From positions 25,612-89,611 of the forward strand of contig CAVSTV010000006.1 of NCBI GenBank assembly GCA_963730945.1: a stretch of DNA of 64,000 bases, read 5' to 3'. A program made the position numbers and the translations under genes. A model generated the notes under the pieces. That model did no database searches and had not been told where the DNA came from. It worked only from the letters and a program-made list of their open reading frames with translations. Below are positions 48,731 through 59,027 of the stretch, piece after piece. The DNA is from an uncultured Actinomycetota bacterium (lineage in GTDB: Bacteria; Actinomycetota; Actinomycetes; Mycobacteriales; Pseudonocardiaceae). Numbering within the stretch: the stretch's first letter is position 1; the number at the start of each line of letters is the position of its first letter.

Positions 48731-49612
48731 TCAGATGCGTTCCAGCTCGGTCCCGTCGAAGAGCGGTTGGATGTCGATCTCGGCCTGGTCGGCGGCCAGC
48801 GTTTCGTCGTCCGGCGCCGGTCCGGTCGTCTCGGCCGCGTCCAGCATGTCGGCCAGCAACTCGTAGTCGCTGGAGGTGTTCACGAACAGGCCCGGCCGGC
48901 CCAGCACGTAGCGCACGGCCCGCTGCAGCGCATCGCGCTCACGGATCGGCTCGTACCAGCTGCGACCCGATTCCGCCGACGGGTCGGTCCAGCGCCGTCG
49001 CGCGATCGATTTGATGGTCTGCACCGCCACGCTGCGGGCCTCGCAGGCGGCCAGCAACTGCTCGACGTCGCGGCGGTAGTCCGCCAGCTGGCGGAGCGAG
49101 AAGTTGTAGGGCAGCAGGACCGAGTCGAAGTCGAAGCGCTCGATGCTCGCCAGGTGCATGCTCGCGATCCGCAACCCGTGCCCGGTCACGCCGATCGCCT
49201 TGACCAGGCCCTCGTCGCGCGCGGACACCAGCGCCTCGACCGCCCCGCCCGGGCCGTGCGCCGTCTCCCACTCGTCGGGCTCGACCAGGTTGTGCAGCTG
49301 GATCAGGTCCACCGAGTCGACGCCGAGCCGGCCCAGCGACTCCTCCAGCTCGCGGCGGGCCCCGGCGGCCGTCCGCTCGCCGGTCTTGGTGGCCAGGAAG
49401 AAGTCGTCCCGCCGGGTGGCGAGCCAGGGCGCCAGCCGCAGCTCGGCGTCGCCGTAGGACCGGGCCACGTCGAGGTGGTTGACCCCGTGGGCATCCAGCA
49501 GCGGCAGCAGCGAGTCCGCCGTCGCCTGGTCGACCTCCCCGAGTGCCGCCGCTCCGAAGATCACTCGGCTGCTCCGGTGGCCGGTCCGTCCGAACGGAAT
49601 GCGCTCGATCAT
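48731..49612 (-). CDS. Aldo/keto reductase
   Basis: FGRTGHRSSRVIFGAA, LDVARSYGDAE, FLATKT, DLIQLHNL, IGVTGH. Confidence 0.9.
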   Translation of the reverse strand: MIERIPFGRTGHRSSRVIFGAAALGEVDQATADSLLPLLDAHGVNHLDVARSYGDAELRLAPWLATRRDDFFLATKTGERTAAGARRELEESLGRLGVDSVDLIQLHNLVEPDEWETAHGPGGAVEALVSARDEGLVKAIGVTGHGLRIASMHLASIERFDFDSVLLPYNFSLRQLADYRRDVEQLLAACEARSVAVQTIKSIARRRWTDPSAESGRSWYEPIRERDALQRAVRYVLGRPGLFVNTSSDYELLADMLDAAETTGPAPDDETLAADQAEIDIQPLFDGTELERI

Positions 49613-49661
49613 CCCCCGAGCCTAGAGCGTGTCCCGCCACCGTGTGGGGCGCGCCAGGGCG

Positions 49662-49713
49662 GCACGAACGGCACTGTCGCTCGCACCTAGCGTGCGAAAG
49701 TGCCGTTCGCTCC
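49662..49713. repeat. Degenerate second copy of the 37110-37162 palindrome
   Basis: GCACGAACGGCACTGTCGCTCGC-ACCTA-GCGTGCGAAAGTGCCGTTCGCTCC. Confidence 0.88.
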
Positions 49714-49739
49714 GATCGGTGGGTCGCGGGAGTGATCAG

Positions 49740-50522
49740 CTACAGCACCTTCGACAGGAACGCCCTGGTGCGCTCCTGCTGCGGGTTGCCCAGCACGTCG
49801 CGCGGGTTGCCGGCCTCGACGATCCGGCCCTCGTCCATGAACACCAGGGTGTCGCCGACCTCGCGGGCGAACCCCATCTCGTGGGTGACCACGACCATCG
49901 TCATGCCCTCGCCGGCCAGCGCGCGCATCACGTCCAGCACCTCGCCGACCAGCTCCGGGTCCAGCGCCGAGGTCGGCTCGTCGAACAGCATCAGTCGCGG
50001 TTTCATGGCCAGCGCCCGCGCGATCGCCACCCGCTGCTGCTGGCCACCGGACAGCTGCGCGGGGTAGGAGTCGTACTTGGCGTCCAGGCCGACCCGGTCC
50101 AGCAGGGCGCAGGCCCGGTCGCGGGCGGCGGCGCGCGGCTCCCGGCGCACCGTGCGCGGGGCCTCCATCACGTTCTCCGCCGCGGTCTTGTGCGGGAACA
50201 GGTTGAACCGCTGGAACACCATGCCGATGTCGCGCCGCTGCCGGGCGACCTCGGACTCGCGCAGCTCGTGCAGCTTGCCGCCGGCTTCGCGGTAGCCGAT
50301 CAGCTCGCCGTCCACCCGCATCCGGCCGGCGTCGATCCGCTCCAGGTGGTTGATGCAGCGCAGGAACGTCGACTTGCCCGATCCGGACGGGCCGATCACG
50401 CAGGCCACCTCGCCGGGCTGCACGACGAGGTCGATGCCGCGCAACACCTCGACCCGGCCGAAGCTCTTGTGGATGTCGGTGGCCTCGACCATGGGCGTGT
50501 GCTGTGTCGACTGTTCGCTCAC
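49740..50522 (-). CDS. Polar amino acid ABC transporter ATP-binding protein
   Basis: [36 protein letters not shown]. Confidence 0.95.
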   Translation of the reverse strand: MSEQSTQHTPMVEATDIHKSFGRVEVLRGIDLVVQPGEVACVIGPSGSGKSTFLRCINHLERIDAGRMRVDGELIGYREAGGKLHELRESEVARQRRDIGMVFQRFNLFPHKTAAENVMEAPRTVRREPRAAARDRACALLDRVGLDAKYDSYPAQLSGGQQQRVAIARALAMKPRLMLFDEPTSALDPELVGEVLDVMRALAGEGMTMVVVTHEMGFAREVGDTLVFMDEGRIVEAGNPRDVLGNPQQERTRAFLSKVL

Positions 50523-51430
50523 CGCGTCTCCTCCGGCAGCCGCCGCGTGAACAGTCGCGGACCGGTCGGCCCGCGACTGCTGCCGCGCCCGAAGTACCGC
50601 TCGATGTAGCCCTGCCCGATCGAGAGAATCGAGGTCAGGGCCAGGTACCAGGCGGCGGCCACGATGAGCAGCGGGATGGTCTGGAAGTTGGTGGAGTAGA
50701 TCCGCTGCACCGAGGTGAGCAGCTCGAAGTAGCCGATCACCACGACCAGCGAGGTGGTCTTGAGCATCGAGATCGTCTCGTTGCCGGTCGGCGGGATGAT
50801 CACCCGCATGGCCTGCGGGAGCACGATCCGGCGCAGCGTCTGGGCCCGCGACATGCCCAGCGCGCCGGCCGCCTCGGTCTGGCCCTCGTCCACCGAGACC
50901 AGCCCGCCGCGCACGATCTCGGCCATGTAGGCGGCCTCGTTCAGCCCGAGCCCGAGCAGGCACGCGGTGAACTGGTTGATCAGCTGGTTGGTGTCGAACG
51001 AGACGAACTCCGGCCCGAACGGCACGCCCAGCGACAGCCGGGGGTAGAGCGCGGCCAGGAAGTTCCAGAACAGCAGCTGCGCGATCAGCGGGGTCCCGCG
51101 GAACAGCCAGATGTAGACCGCCGACACCCCGGACAGCACCGGATTGGGCGACAGCCGCATCACGGCCAGCGCGATGCCGCCGACGATCCCGATGACCATC
51201 GACAGCGCGGTCAGGATCAGCGTGTTGCGCAACCCGCTCAGCACCGGATCGGAGAACAGGTAACGCCCCACCACCGGCCAGCGGAAACCGTCGTTGGTCA
51301 ACACGGTGTTGACCAACATCGCCGCGAGCACCAGCAGCACCGCGACGGCGAGCCACCGCCCCGGATGGCGGACCGGGACGGCCTCGATCGCCGGTGGGCG
51401 CTTCGCCGGGCCAGCGGGCGCGTCGGTCAC
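50519..51430 (-). CDS. Polar amino acid ABC transporter permease
   Basis: [36 protein letters not shown]. Confidence 0.93.
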   Translation of the reverse strand: MTDAPAGPAKRPPAIEAVPVRHPGRWLAVAVLLVLAAMLVNTVLTNDGFRWPVVGRYLFSDPVLSGLRNTLILTALSMVIGIVGGIALAVMRLSPNPVLSGVSAVYIWLFRGTPLIAQLLFWNFLAALYPRLSLGVPFGPEFVSFDTNQLINQFTACLLGLGLNEAAYMAEIVRGGLVSVDEGQTEAAGALGMSRAQTLRRIVLPQAMRVIIPPTGNETISMLKTTSLVVVIGYFELLTSVQRIYSTNFQTIPLLIVAAAWYLALTSILSIGQGYIERYFGRGSSRGPTGPRLFTRRLPEETR

Positions 51431-51435
51431 CTCGG

Positions 51436-52359
51436 TCAGCTCCGGACCTCGGATGTCGGGATCGCGCCGTTGGACACGTTCCACTTCTCCAGGATCGTCG
51501 CGTAGCTGCCGTCGTCGATCAGCGACTGCACGGCACCCTGCACGGCCTTGCCGTAGTCGCCCTGGTTCTTGGCCAGCACGACGCCGTAGGGCGCGGTGTC
51601 GTAGGGCTCGCCGACGGTCTCCACCGCACCCTCGGTGGTCTTCTCCGCGTAGGCGACGACCGGCGAGTCGGCCAGCATGGCCACGATCTTGTTCGAGGTC
51701 AGCGCGAGCGTGACATCGGTCTGGGCCTGCAGCTCGGTCACCGCGATCGGGGCCTTGCCGGTGGTGGTGCACTCGGTGTTGCGGGCGGTGAGGTCGTCCA
51801 CCTGCGTGGTGCCGGCCTGCACCCCGACGGCCTTGCCGCACAGGTCGTCGGCGTTGATGCCGTCCGGGTTGCCGGTCTTGACCGCCAGGCTGGTACCCGC
51901 GGAGAAGTAGCTGACCATGTCCACGGTCTGGACCCGCTCGTCGGTGATCGAGAACGAGGACATGGCCAGCTCGTACTTGCCGCCCTCGACGCCGGGGATG
52001 ATCCCGGAGAACTGGCTGTTCTGGAACTCGGCGGTGAGCCCGAGCTTCTGCGCGATCGCGGTGCCGAGATCCACGTCCAACCCGATGATCGTGCTGCCGT
52101 CGGTGTCGGTGAACTCGTTGGGCGGGTACGAGGCGTCCGTGCCGAAGACGATCTTGCCGTCGGCGGCGACATCGGCCGGGACCAGCGCCGCGAGCGCCTC
52201 GTCCTTGGCCGGCGCCGGGGCGGCCGAGGTACCCGAGGGTGCGGGCGACTCCGACGCGGAGGACCCGCTGCCGTCGCCGCCCGCTCCGCAACCGGCCAGC
52301 ACGAAGGCGAGGGTGGTCGCCGCCAGGGCGGCGGGGATGGATCCTGGGATTCGGGTCAT
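51436..52359 (-). CDS. Amino acid ABC substrate-binding lipoprotein
   Basis: LAGC lipobox, [26 protein letters not shown]. Confidence 0.93.
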   Translation of the reverse strand: MTRIPGSIPAALAATTLAFVLAGCGAGGDGSGSSASESPAPSGTSAAPAPAKDEALAALVPADVAADGKIVFGTDASYPPNEFTDTDGSTIIGLDVDLGTAIAQKLGLTAEFQNSQFSGIIPGVEGGKYELAMSSFSITDERVQTVDMVSYFSAGTSLAVKTGNPDGINADDLCGKAVGVQAGTTQVDDLTARNTECTTTGKAPIAVTELQAQTDVTLALTSNKIVAMLADSPVVAYAEKTTEGAVETVGEPYDTAPYGVVLAKNQGDYGKAVQGAVQSLIDDGSYATILEKWNVSNGAIPTSEVRS

Positions 52360-52591
52360 GACTACCTCCGGGGAGACAGCTCAGGCGATTACGCGGCGAT
52401 GCTGCCACTTCACCCGGCCGTGGTACCCGTTGGAGCGGTCACCATTGCGTGACAAGACGGTGTGCACTTTGTCCGCGATGTCGTGTGACGTCCGGGCCTA
52501 CTGTGGGTACCCCCGGGAACCGGCAGCCGCTGCCGAGACGTTCAACCCATACCGCTCGCCCCAGCGCGAGCACCCCTAGACGGAGGACCGC

Positions 52592-52984
52592 ATGCCCCTG
52601 TTCAAGAAGTTGGCCACGCTGGCCACCGCGGCCGCGGCCGCTCGCAGCTACGCCAAGAAGAACCCGGACAAGGCGGCCAAGTACGTGGACCAGGCGGCCC
52701 AGTTCGTCGACAAGCAGACGAAGGGCAAGTACTCCAGCCAGATCAGCGGCGCCGCCCGCAAGGCCAAGAACGCCGCCGGCGTCACGCACAGCCCCGGTGT
52801 CGACCCGGCCGCCAACGGCTACGGGCCTGGCCAGAGCTACGGCAGCACCACCAGCTACGGCAGCCGCGACCCGAACCCGAGCTACCCGAGCACGCCGCCG
52901 GCCAGCACGCCGCCGCCCAGCACGCCGCCCACGTCCACCACACCGCCCACGTCCACCACACCGCCCACCACGCCCCAGCCCTGA
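52592..52984 (+). CDS. MT0933-like 'antitoxin' family protein with a Thr/Pro-rich repeat tail
   Basis: DQAAQFVDKQTKGKYSSQI motif; GGAGG RBS; 15- and 18-bp repeats at ~52890-52977. Confidence 0.75.
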   Translation: MPLFKKLATLATAAAAARSYAKKNPDKAAKYVDQAAQFVDKQTKGKYSSQISGAARKAKNAAGVTHSPGVDPAANGYGPGQSYGSTTSYGSRDPNPSYPSTPPASTPPPSTPPTSTTPPTSTTPPTTPQP

Positions 52985-53007
52985 CGTTTCGACCCGGTCC
53001 GAACCGC

Positions 53008-53052
53008 CGATCGAACGTTACGTGTCGATGATCGCCACGTAACGTTCGATCG
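53008..53052. repeat. Perfect 17-bp-arm inverted repeat (terminator or REP-like)
   Basis: CGATCGAACGTTACGTG-N11-CACGTAACGTTCGATCG. Confidence 0.85.
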
Positions 53053-53202
53053 CGTCGTCAGCGGCTCGACCGGCCCGCTTCCCGTGCCAGGATGTCGGTA
53101 GGCGCCGGACAGCCCGCTGCTCCACCGGGCGTCGGGACCGGCGCTCGAGGACACCCGCGTCGCCACGAACGGCGTCGGGTCCGTGAGCACTGGGAGGCAC
53201 AC

Positions 53203-54423
53203 GTGTCGGTTCCGCAAGCCTGGACTCCGCCCACATCGGACGCGTTCGCCCAGACCGTCAGCCGCGAGCAGGTGATCGCCGGTCTGAAGGGGACGGACGA
53301 GGGCGGTAAAGATCTTGTCCAGCTGTTGACGCCCGAGGGTGTACGGGTCGGCGACGCCCGGTTCGACAGCTACGTCTCCGATGTCGACGTCGCCGGCCTG
53401 CAGGACCTCTACCGGGACATGGTTCTGGTCCGCCGCTTCGACCGCGAGGCCAACGCGCTGCAGCGCCAGGGCCAGCTCGGGATCTGGGTGCCGCTGCTCG
53501 GTCAGGAAGCCGCGCAGATCGGCGCCGGTCGCGCGCTGGCGCCGCACGACATGGCGTTCCCCTCCTACCGCGAGCACGGGGTGGCCTGGACCCGCGGCAT
53601 CGACCCGACCGAGCTGCTGGGCATCTTCCGCGGCACCGACCAGGGCAGCTGGGACCCGAAGGCCACCGGCTTCCACCTCTACACCATCGTGATCGGCAAC
53701 CAGTGCCTGAACGCGACCGGCTACGCGATGGGCCAGCGTTTCGAGTCCAAAGTGGGCGAAGGGTCTGGCGATGGATCAGATGGCAGCGAGGCGACGATCT
53801 GCTTCTTCGGCGACGGCGCCACCAGCCAGGGTGACGTGCACGAGGGCTTCGTCTGGGCCGCGGTCTACGACGCGCCGGTCGTCTTCTACTGCCAGAACAA
53901 CCAGTGGGCCATCTCCGAGCCGACCGAGCGGCAGAGCCGGGTGCCGCTCTACAAGCGCGCGCAGGGCTACGGCTTCCCCGGCATCCGGGTCGACGGCAAC
54001 GACGTGCTGGCCTGCCTCGCGGTCACCCGGTGGGCGCTGGAGGAGTGCCGCACCGGCAACGGACCGGTACTGATCGAGGCCTTCACCTACCGGATGGACG
54101 CGCACACCACCTCCGACGACCCGTCGCGCTACCGGCTCGCGGACGAGCTGGAGCTGTGGAAGCTCAAGGACCCGATCGAGCGGGTGCGGGTCAACCTGGT
54201 GCGCTCCAACGGCGTCGAGCAGGAGTTCTTCGACTCCGTGCAGGCCGAGTCCGACGAGCTCGCGACCCGGTTCCGGCAGTTCTGCGTCGACATGCCGCCA
54301 CCCGCCCCGGACCGGATGTTCTCCCAGGTCTACGCGGAGGGCTCGCCCCAGATCGACGCGCAACGCGAGGCCTTCCTCGCGTACCACTCGACTTTCTCGG
54401 TGGCCGAAGAAGGAGCCCGGTGA
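53203..54423 (+). CDS. pdhA: 2-oxo acid dehydrogenase E1 alpha subunit (PdhA/BkdA type)
   Basis: GQEAAQIG, FGDGATSQGD..E TPP motif, QNNQWAIS, YRMDAHTTSDDP. Confidence 0.92.
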   Translation: MSVPQAWTPPTSDAFAQTVSREQVIAGLKGTDEGGKDLVQLLTPEGVRVGDARFDSYVSDVDVAGLQDLYRDMVLVRRFDREANALQRQGQLGIWVPLLGQEAAQIGAGRALAPHDMAFPSYREHGVAWTRGIDPTELLGIFRGTDQGSWDPKATGFHLYTIVIGNQCLNATGYAMGQRFESKVGEGSGDGSDGSEATICFFGDGATSQGDVHEGFVWAAVYDAPVVFYCQNNQWAISEPTERQSRVPLYKRAQGYGFPGIRVDGNDVLACLAVTRWALEECRTGNGPVLIEAFTYRMDAHTTSDDPSRYRLADELELWKLKDPIERVRVNLVRSNGVEQEFFDSVQAESDELATRFRQFCVDMPPPAPDRMFSQVYAEGSPQIDAQREAFLAYHSTFSVAEEGAR

Positions 54424-55397
54424 TGGCGGTGCTGACCCTGGCCAAGGCCCTCAACGACGGGCTGCGCGCGGCGATGGAGCGCGACCCGAAGGTACTGGTG
54501 ATGGGCGAGGACGTCGGCAAGCTCGGGGGCGTGTTCCGGGTGACCGACGGGCTGCAGAAGGACTTCGGCGAGCAGCGGGTGCTCGACACCCCGCTGGCCG
54601 AGAGCGGGATCATCGGCACCGCGGTCGGGCTGGCCATCCGCGGCTTCCGGCCGGTGTGCGAGATCCAGTTCGACGGTTTCGTGTTCCCCGGCTACGACCA
54701 GATCGTCTCCCAGCTGGCCAAGCTGCACTTCCGCTCGCAGGGCCGGGTGCCGATGCCGGTGGTGGTACGCATCCCGTTCGGCGGCGGGATCGGTGCGGTC
54801 GAGCACCACAGCGAGTCGCCGGAGGCGCTGTTCGCGCACGTCGCCGGCCTGAAGGTGGTCGCCTGCTCGAACGCGCAGGACGCCTACTGGATGATCCAGC
54901 AGGCCATCGCCTGCGACGATCCGGTGATCTTCTTCGAGCCGAAGCGGCGGTACTGGGAGAAGGCGGAGGTGGATCCCGGCGCCGAGCCGGTACCGCTGTT
55001 CAGCTCCCGGGTGCTGCGGACCGGATCCACGCTGACCCTCGTCGGCTACGGGCCGGTGGTCCGGACCTGCCTGGAGGCAGCCACCGCCGCCGAGGCCGAC
55101 GGGCTCGACCTCGAGGTGATCGACCTGCGCACGCTGTCCCCGCTCGACCTGGGCCCGGTGGTCGAGTCGGTGCGCCGCACCGGGCGACTGGTGGTGGTGG
55201 CCGAGGCCGCGCCGGAGACGTCGGTGAGCTCCGAGGTCGCGGCCCGCGTGCAGGAGCTGTGCTTCCACTCGCTGGAGGCGCCGGTGCTGCGGGTCACCGG
55301 CTTCGACACGCCCTACCCGCCGTCGAAGTGCGAGGAAGAGTTCCTGCCCGACCTGGATCGGGTGCTGGACGCCGTCGACCGCTCGCTGGCCTGGTGA
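54423..55397 (+). CDS. pdhB: 2-oxo acid dehydrogenase E1 beta subunit
   Basis: GEDVGKLGGVFRVTDGL, DTPLAESGI, EIQFDGF, HHSESPE. Confidence 0.93.
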   Translation: MAVLTLAKALNDGLRAAMERDPKVLVMGEDVGKLGGVFRVTDGLQKDFGEQRVLDTPLAESGIIGTAVGLAIRGFRPVCEIQFDGFVFPGYDQIVSQLAKLHFRSQGRVPMPVVVRIPFGGGIGAVEHHSESPEALFAHVAGLKVVACSNAQDAYWMIQQAIACDDPVIFFEPKRRYWEKAEVDPGAEPVPLFSSRVLRTGSTLTLVGYGPVVRTCLEAATAAEADGLDLEVIDLRTLSPLDLGPVVESVRRTGRLVVVAEAAPETSVSSEVAARVQELCFHSLEAPVLRVTGFDTPYPPSKCEEEFLPDLDRVLDAVDRSLAW

Positions 55398-56791
55398 TCG
55401 GCGTGCGGCGCGAGTTCGCGATGCCGGACGCCGGCGAGGGGCTGACCGAGGCCGACGTTCTCAGCTGGCGGGTGGCCGCAGGGGACACGGTGGCGGTGAA
55501 CCAGATCCTGGTCGAGATCGAGACGGCGAAGGCGGCGGTCGAGCTGCCGTCACCGTGGTCGGGCACGGTCGCCGAGCTGCTGGCACAGCCGGGGGACACG
55601 GTGCCGGTGGGGACGCCGATCATCGTCATCGAGACGGCCGAGGCGGGCACGGCGGCCACCCCGGCGAGCGCGGTAGCGGCGGAGGCGGACGCGGCGGCCG
55701 AGGGGACCGGAGCGAAGATCGGTGAGGCCGGGGTGGACGGGCGGATCGCCACCCTGGTGGGGTACGGCCCCCGACCCGGCTCGGTCACCCGCCGCCCGCG
55801 CCGCCCGGCTGTCCCCCCGCCCTCCGTCGAGTTCAACACCAGTCCGGATTCACACGATCAAGAGCGGACTGATGTCGACGTCGGTGGGTCGCCCGCGCGG
55901 CCCGGCGGGCTGGTGCCGCTGGCCAAGCCGCCGGTGCGCAAGCTCGCCCGCGACCTGGGCGTCGACCTGGCCGCCGTCACCGGCACCGGGGCGGGCGGGG
56001 TGATCACGCGCGAGGACGTCGAGTCGTACGCGCAGGCGCCGCGCTCGGCCGCTGCGGCCGCGGCGGCCGCGGCGGTGCCGACCCCGAGCCTCGGCGGGAT
56101 CCGCCGGGAACCGATCCGCGGGGTCCGCAAGGCGACCGCGGCGGCCATGGTGAGCAGCGCGTTCACCGCCCCGCACGTCACCGAGTTCCTGGCCGTCGAC
56201 GTCACCGCGACGATGGAGCTGCGCGGGCGGTTGCGGTCCTCCCGCGAGTACGCCGATGTCGCGCTGAGCCCGCTGGCCTTCGTCGCGAAGGCGGTCTGCC
56301 TCGCGGCCCGGCGCACGCCCGAGATCAACGCCAGGTGGGACGAGGCGGCCGGCGAGATCGTCTACTTCGACCGGATGCAGCTCGGGATCGCCGCGGCCAC
56401 CCCGCGCGGGCTGCTGGTGCCCAAGATCCGCGACGCCGACCTGCTGTCGTTGCGGGAGCTGGCGCTCGCGCTGGGTGCGCTCACCGCGACCGCCCGCGCC
56501 GGGAAGACGCCGCCGGCCGACCTCGCGGGTGGGACTTTCACCATCACCAACGTCGGCGTGTTCGGCGTGGACACCGGCACCCCCATCCTCAATCCGGGCG
56601 AGGCGGCGATCCTGGCCGTCGGCGCGATCAAGCCATCACCCTGGGTGGTCGAGGGCGAGCTGGCGGTGCGCACGGTCGGGCAGCTCGCGCTGTCGTTCGA
56701 TCATCGACTGGTCGACGGCGAGCAGGGTTCCCGGTTCCTGGCCGACGTCGGCGCCCTGCTCACCGACCCGGGGCTGGCGCTCACCTGGTGA
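55394..56791 (+). CDS. Dihydrolipoamide acyltransferase E2
   Basis: Lipoyl domain ETAKAAVEL, peripheral-subunit binding PPVRKLA...GVITREDV, catalytic FDHRLVDG. Confidence 0.93.
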   Translation: MIGVRREFAMPDAGEGLTEADVLSWRVAAGDTVAVNQILVEIETAKAAVELPSPWSGTVAELLAQPGDTVPVGTPIIVIETAEAGTAATPASAVAAEADAAAEGTGAKIGEAGVDGRIATLVGYGPRPGSVTRRPRRPAVPPPSVEFNTSPDSHDQERTDVDVGGSPARPGGLVPLAKPPVRKLARDLGVDLAAVTGTGAGGVITREDVESYAQAPRSAAAAAAAAAVPTPSLGGIRREPIRGVRKATAAAMVSSAFTAPHVTEFLAVDVTATMELRGRLRSSREYADVALSPLAFVAKAVCLAARRTPEINARWDEAAGEIVYFDRMQLGIAAATPRGLLVPKIRDADLLSLRELALALGALTATARAGKTPPADLAGGTFTITNVGVFGVDTGTPILNPGEAAILAVGAIKPSPWVVEGELAVRTVGQLALSFDHRLVDGEQGSRFLADVGALLTDPGLALTW

Positions 56792-56861
56792 CGGGACTGT
56801 CGCCATCGTCACCAAGCGACACCGAGTTGTGACGGGATAGCGGGAGCACCGTTGCCTTCTC

Positions 56862-57368
56862 GTGCGTTACTTCGGTATGCCGTTCGTACTGCTGTACCTC
56901 GTGGTCGAGATCGTCGCGCTGGTCGCGCTCGGTTCGGCGATCGGAGTCGGTGCGACGCTGCTGGTGTTGCTGGCCGGTTCGCTGATCGGGCTCTGGCTCG
57001 CCCGTCGCGAGGGGGTCCGGGCCGCGCAGGCGATCGCCCAGGCGATGACCGCCCGACAGGTGGCGCACGTCGAGCTCACCGACGGGTTGCTGGTCGCGGC
57101 CGGCGGCGTGCTGCTGTTCGTGCCCGGCCTGGTCACCGATCTCGCCGGCCTGTTGCTGCTGTTGCCGCCGACGCGAGCACTTGTGCGGCGCCGGCTGGTC
57201 CGGGCGGCCGAGGACCGGGCGCCCGAACTGCGGACCGCCCGGATCCGTGCCCGCGGACCGATCGTGGACGGCGAGGTCGTCGAGCAGCCGCGCACGACCC
57301 GCCCCGACGGCATGCCCAAGATCATCGAAGGCACGGTCGTCGAGGTCCCGCAGAACCGCGCGAGCTGA
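56862..57368 (+). CDS. fxsA: FxsA-family membrane protein
   Basis: VEIVAL, GLWLARREG, GGVLLFVPGLVTDLAGLLLL.PPTR. Confidence 0.88.
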   Translation: MRYFGMPFVLLYLVVEIVALVALGSAIGVGATLLVLLAGSLIGLWLARREGVRAAQAIAQAMTARQVAHVELTDGLLVAAGGVLLFVPGLVTDLAGLLLLLPPTRALVRRRLVRAAEDRAPELRTARIRARGPIVDGEVVEQPRTTRPDGMPKIIEGTVVEVPQNRAS

Positions 57369-57394
57369 CCCGCCCGCCCGGCGGGCGGGGCTCA

Positions 57395-57877
57395 TCAGAC
57401 GGTGCGATCGCTCCAGCGCGGTTCGACCCGGGCCCAGCCGTCGGCCCAGTCGCGGTCGTCGCACACGGCCAGCCGATGGCGCCAGATCGCGCCGGCGACC
57501 AGCAGCATGCTCCAGCAGAGCACCAGGGTGACCACGAGCACGAACAGCCCGGCCTCCCGACGGTCCCTCGGGTCGGGTGTGGCGGACGCGTCGACCCGGT
57601 GGGCCACCGCTTCGGCGCGCGCCAGGGCGCTGACGGCGTCGGGGCCGACCGGCCGACCGCTCATCCACGGCGAGCCGGCGTCCGCCATGATCTGCGACAC
57701 CGCGGGCGTGAGCTCGACGGTGCCCGGCTCCGCCGCGATCATCCCGACCGTCAATGCGACCGGTACTGCCATTAGGGCGAGAGCATACTGCGCCCTTCGC
57801 AGTAGTAACCGCGCGTGATCGGTGTATCGCGGCAGCGTTACGCCGTCCCGGCGGTCACGGGGTGTATCGGCATCCAC
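57395..57877 (-). CDS. Rv1733c-like membrane protein (start uncertain)
   Basis: Two TM segments and a C-terminal DWADGWARVEPRWS motif. Confidence 0.55.
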   Translation of the reverse strand: MDADTPRDRRDGVTLPRYTDHARLLLRRAQYALALMAVPVALTVGMIAAEPGTVELTPAVSQIMADAGSPWMSGRPVGPDAVSALARAEAVAHRVDASATPDPRDRREAGLFVLVVTLVLCWSMLLVAGAIWRHRLAVCDDRDWADGWARVEPRWSDRTV

Positions 57878-58074
57878 GTCATGGCTGTCGCTCGGTAGCT
57901 CGTTGAATGTTACGTATAGCGACAGCAGCACGGCGTTTCATGACGTTCCGTTACCGAGATCGGACCGATCGTGATCGTCGACGAGCCTTCCGATCGCGCG
58001 GTATAGGGCTGTCTCGGCCACGCGCCAGACAGCGCGAGAATCGCCTCGATCCCATCGTCCGCAATACTCGCGCG

Positions 58075-58902
58075 GTGGCGCACCCGGTCCGGAGCCTGCG
58101 GCGACTGGTCCGCAGGGGTTCCTCGGACGCGCCCGGACGCGTGGTCGACCTGCTCGGGCGGATCGGGCTCGTCGGCTACGGCGTGGTGCACCTGCTCATC
58201 GCCTGGCTCGCGATGCAGGTCGCGTTCGGGGTGGCGGACCTCGCGCCGGACGCGCGGGGGGCGGTGGGCACGATCGCCGACCGACCCGGCGGGGTGCAGG
58301 TGCTCGGACTGCTCGTGGTCGGGCTGCTCGCGTTCGCGCTCTGGCAGCTGGTGGCGGCCGCGGTGGGCTTCCATTGGGTGCGGGGCGGCGAGCGGGTGCG
58401 CAAGCGGGTCGGCGCGGTGGCCAAGGCGATCGCCATGGCCGGGCTGGCCACGATCGTCGTCCGCTACCTGGCCGGCAGGCGGTCGGGCTCCAGGGCCGGC
58501 GCACTGGCCGTCGACGTGCTCGCGCTGCCGGCCGGCCGGATCCTGCTCGGGCTGGTGGCCGGGATCATCCTGGTGATCGCCGGCGCGATGGTCTACACCG
58601 GCGTGCGCCGCACCTTCATGGGCGATCTCGACGTGCACCGGCTCACGCCGGCCGCCCGCCGGCTGATCGAGGTGGTCGGCGCGATCGGGCACCTGGCCAG
58701 AGCGCTCGCCCTCGCCGTGGTCGGCGTGCTGGCCGGGGCGGCGGCGCTGTTCGCCGATCCGGCGCGGGCCGGCGGCCTCAACGCGGCCCTGCGCACACTG
58801 GGTGCCACCGCGCTGGGCGATTGGCTGCTGGTCGTGGTGGCGGCCGGATTCGCCGCGTACGGACTGTTCTGCATCGCCGACGCGGGCACCCGGCGCGCCT
58901 GA
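58075..58902 (+). CDS. DUF1206 domain membrane protein (start uncertain)
   Basis: GRIGLVGYGVVHLLIAWLA, ARAGGLNAALRTL, GFAAYGLFC. Confidence 0.8.
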   Translation: MAHPVRSLRRLVRRGSSDAPGRVVDLLGRIGLVGYGVVHLLIAWLAMQVAFGVADLAPDARGAVGTIADRPGGVQVLGLLVVGLLAFALWQLVAAAVGFHWVRGGERVRKRVGAVAKAIAMAGLATIVVRYLAGRRSGSRAGALAVDVLALPAGRILLGLVAGIILVIAGAMVYTGVRRTFMGDLDVHRLTPAARRLIEVVGAIGHLARALALAVVGVLAGAAALFADPARAGGLNAALRTLGATALGDWLLVVVAAGFAAYGLFCIADAGTRRA

Positions 58903-59027
58903 TCGCGTTCTCTTCGGCTCTCTAGCGTGGCCGGCAGAGTGCCGTATAGGAGCCGATCGGCGACACGCCATCGCCTTCGATAGCCGGTTCTACGGTCCGG
59001 GCAAGACTCGCCGATACCGTCCGTTGC

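Noticed and set aside
52360-52590. Riboswitch or GlnR box upstream of the amino acid ABC operon
   Set aside because: Only isolated GTCAC/GTGAC half-sites; no correctly spaced pair and no recognisable aptamer.
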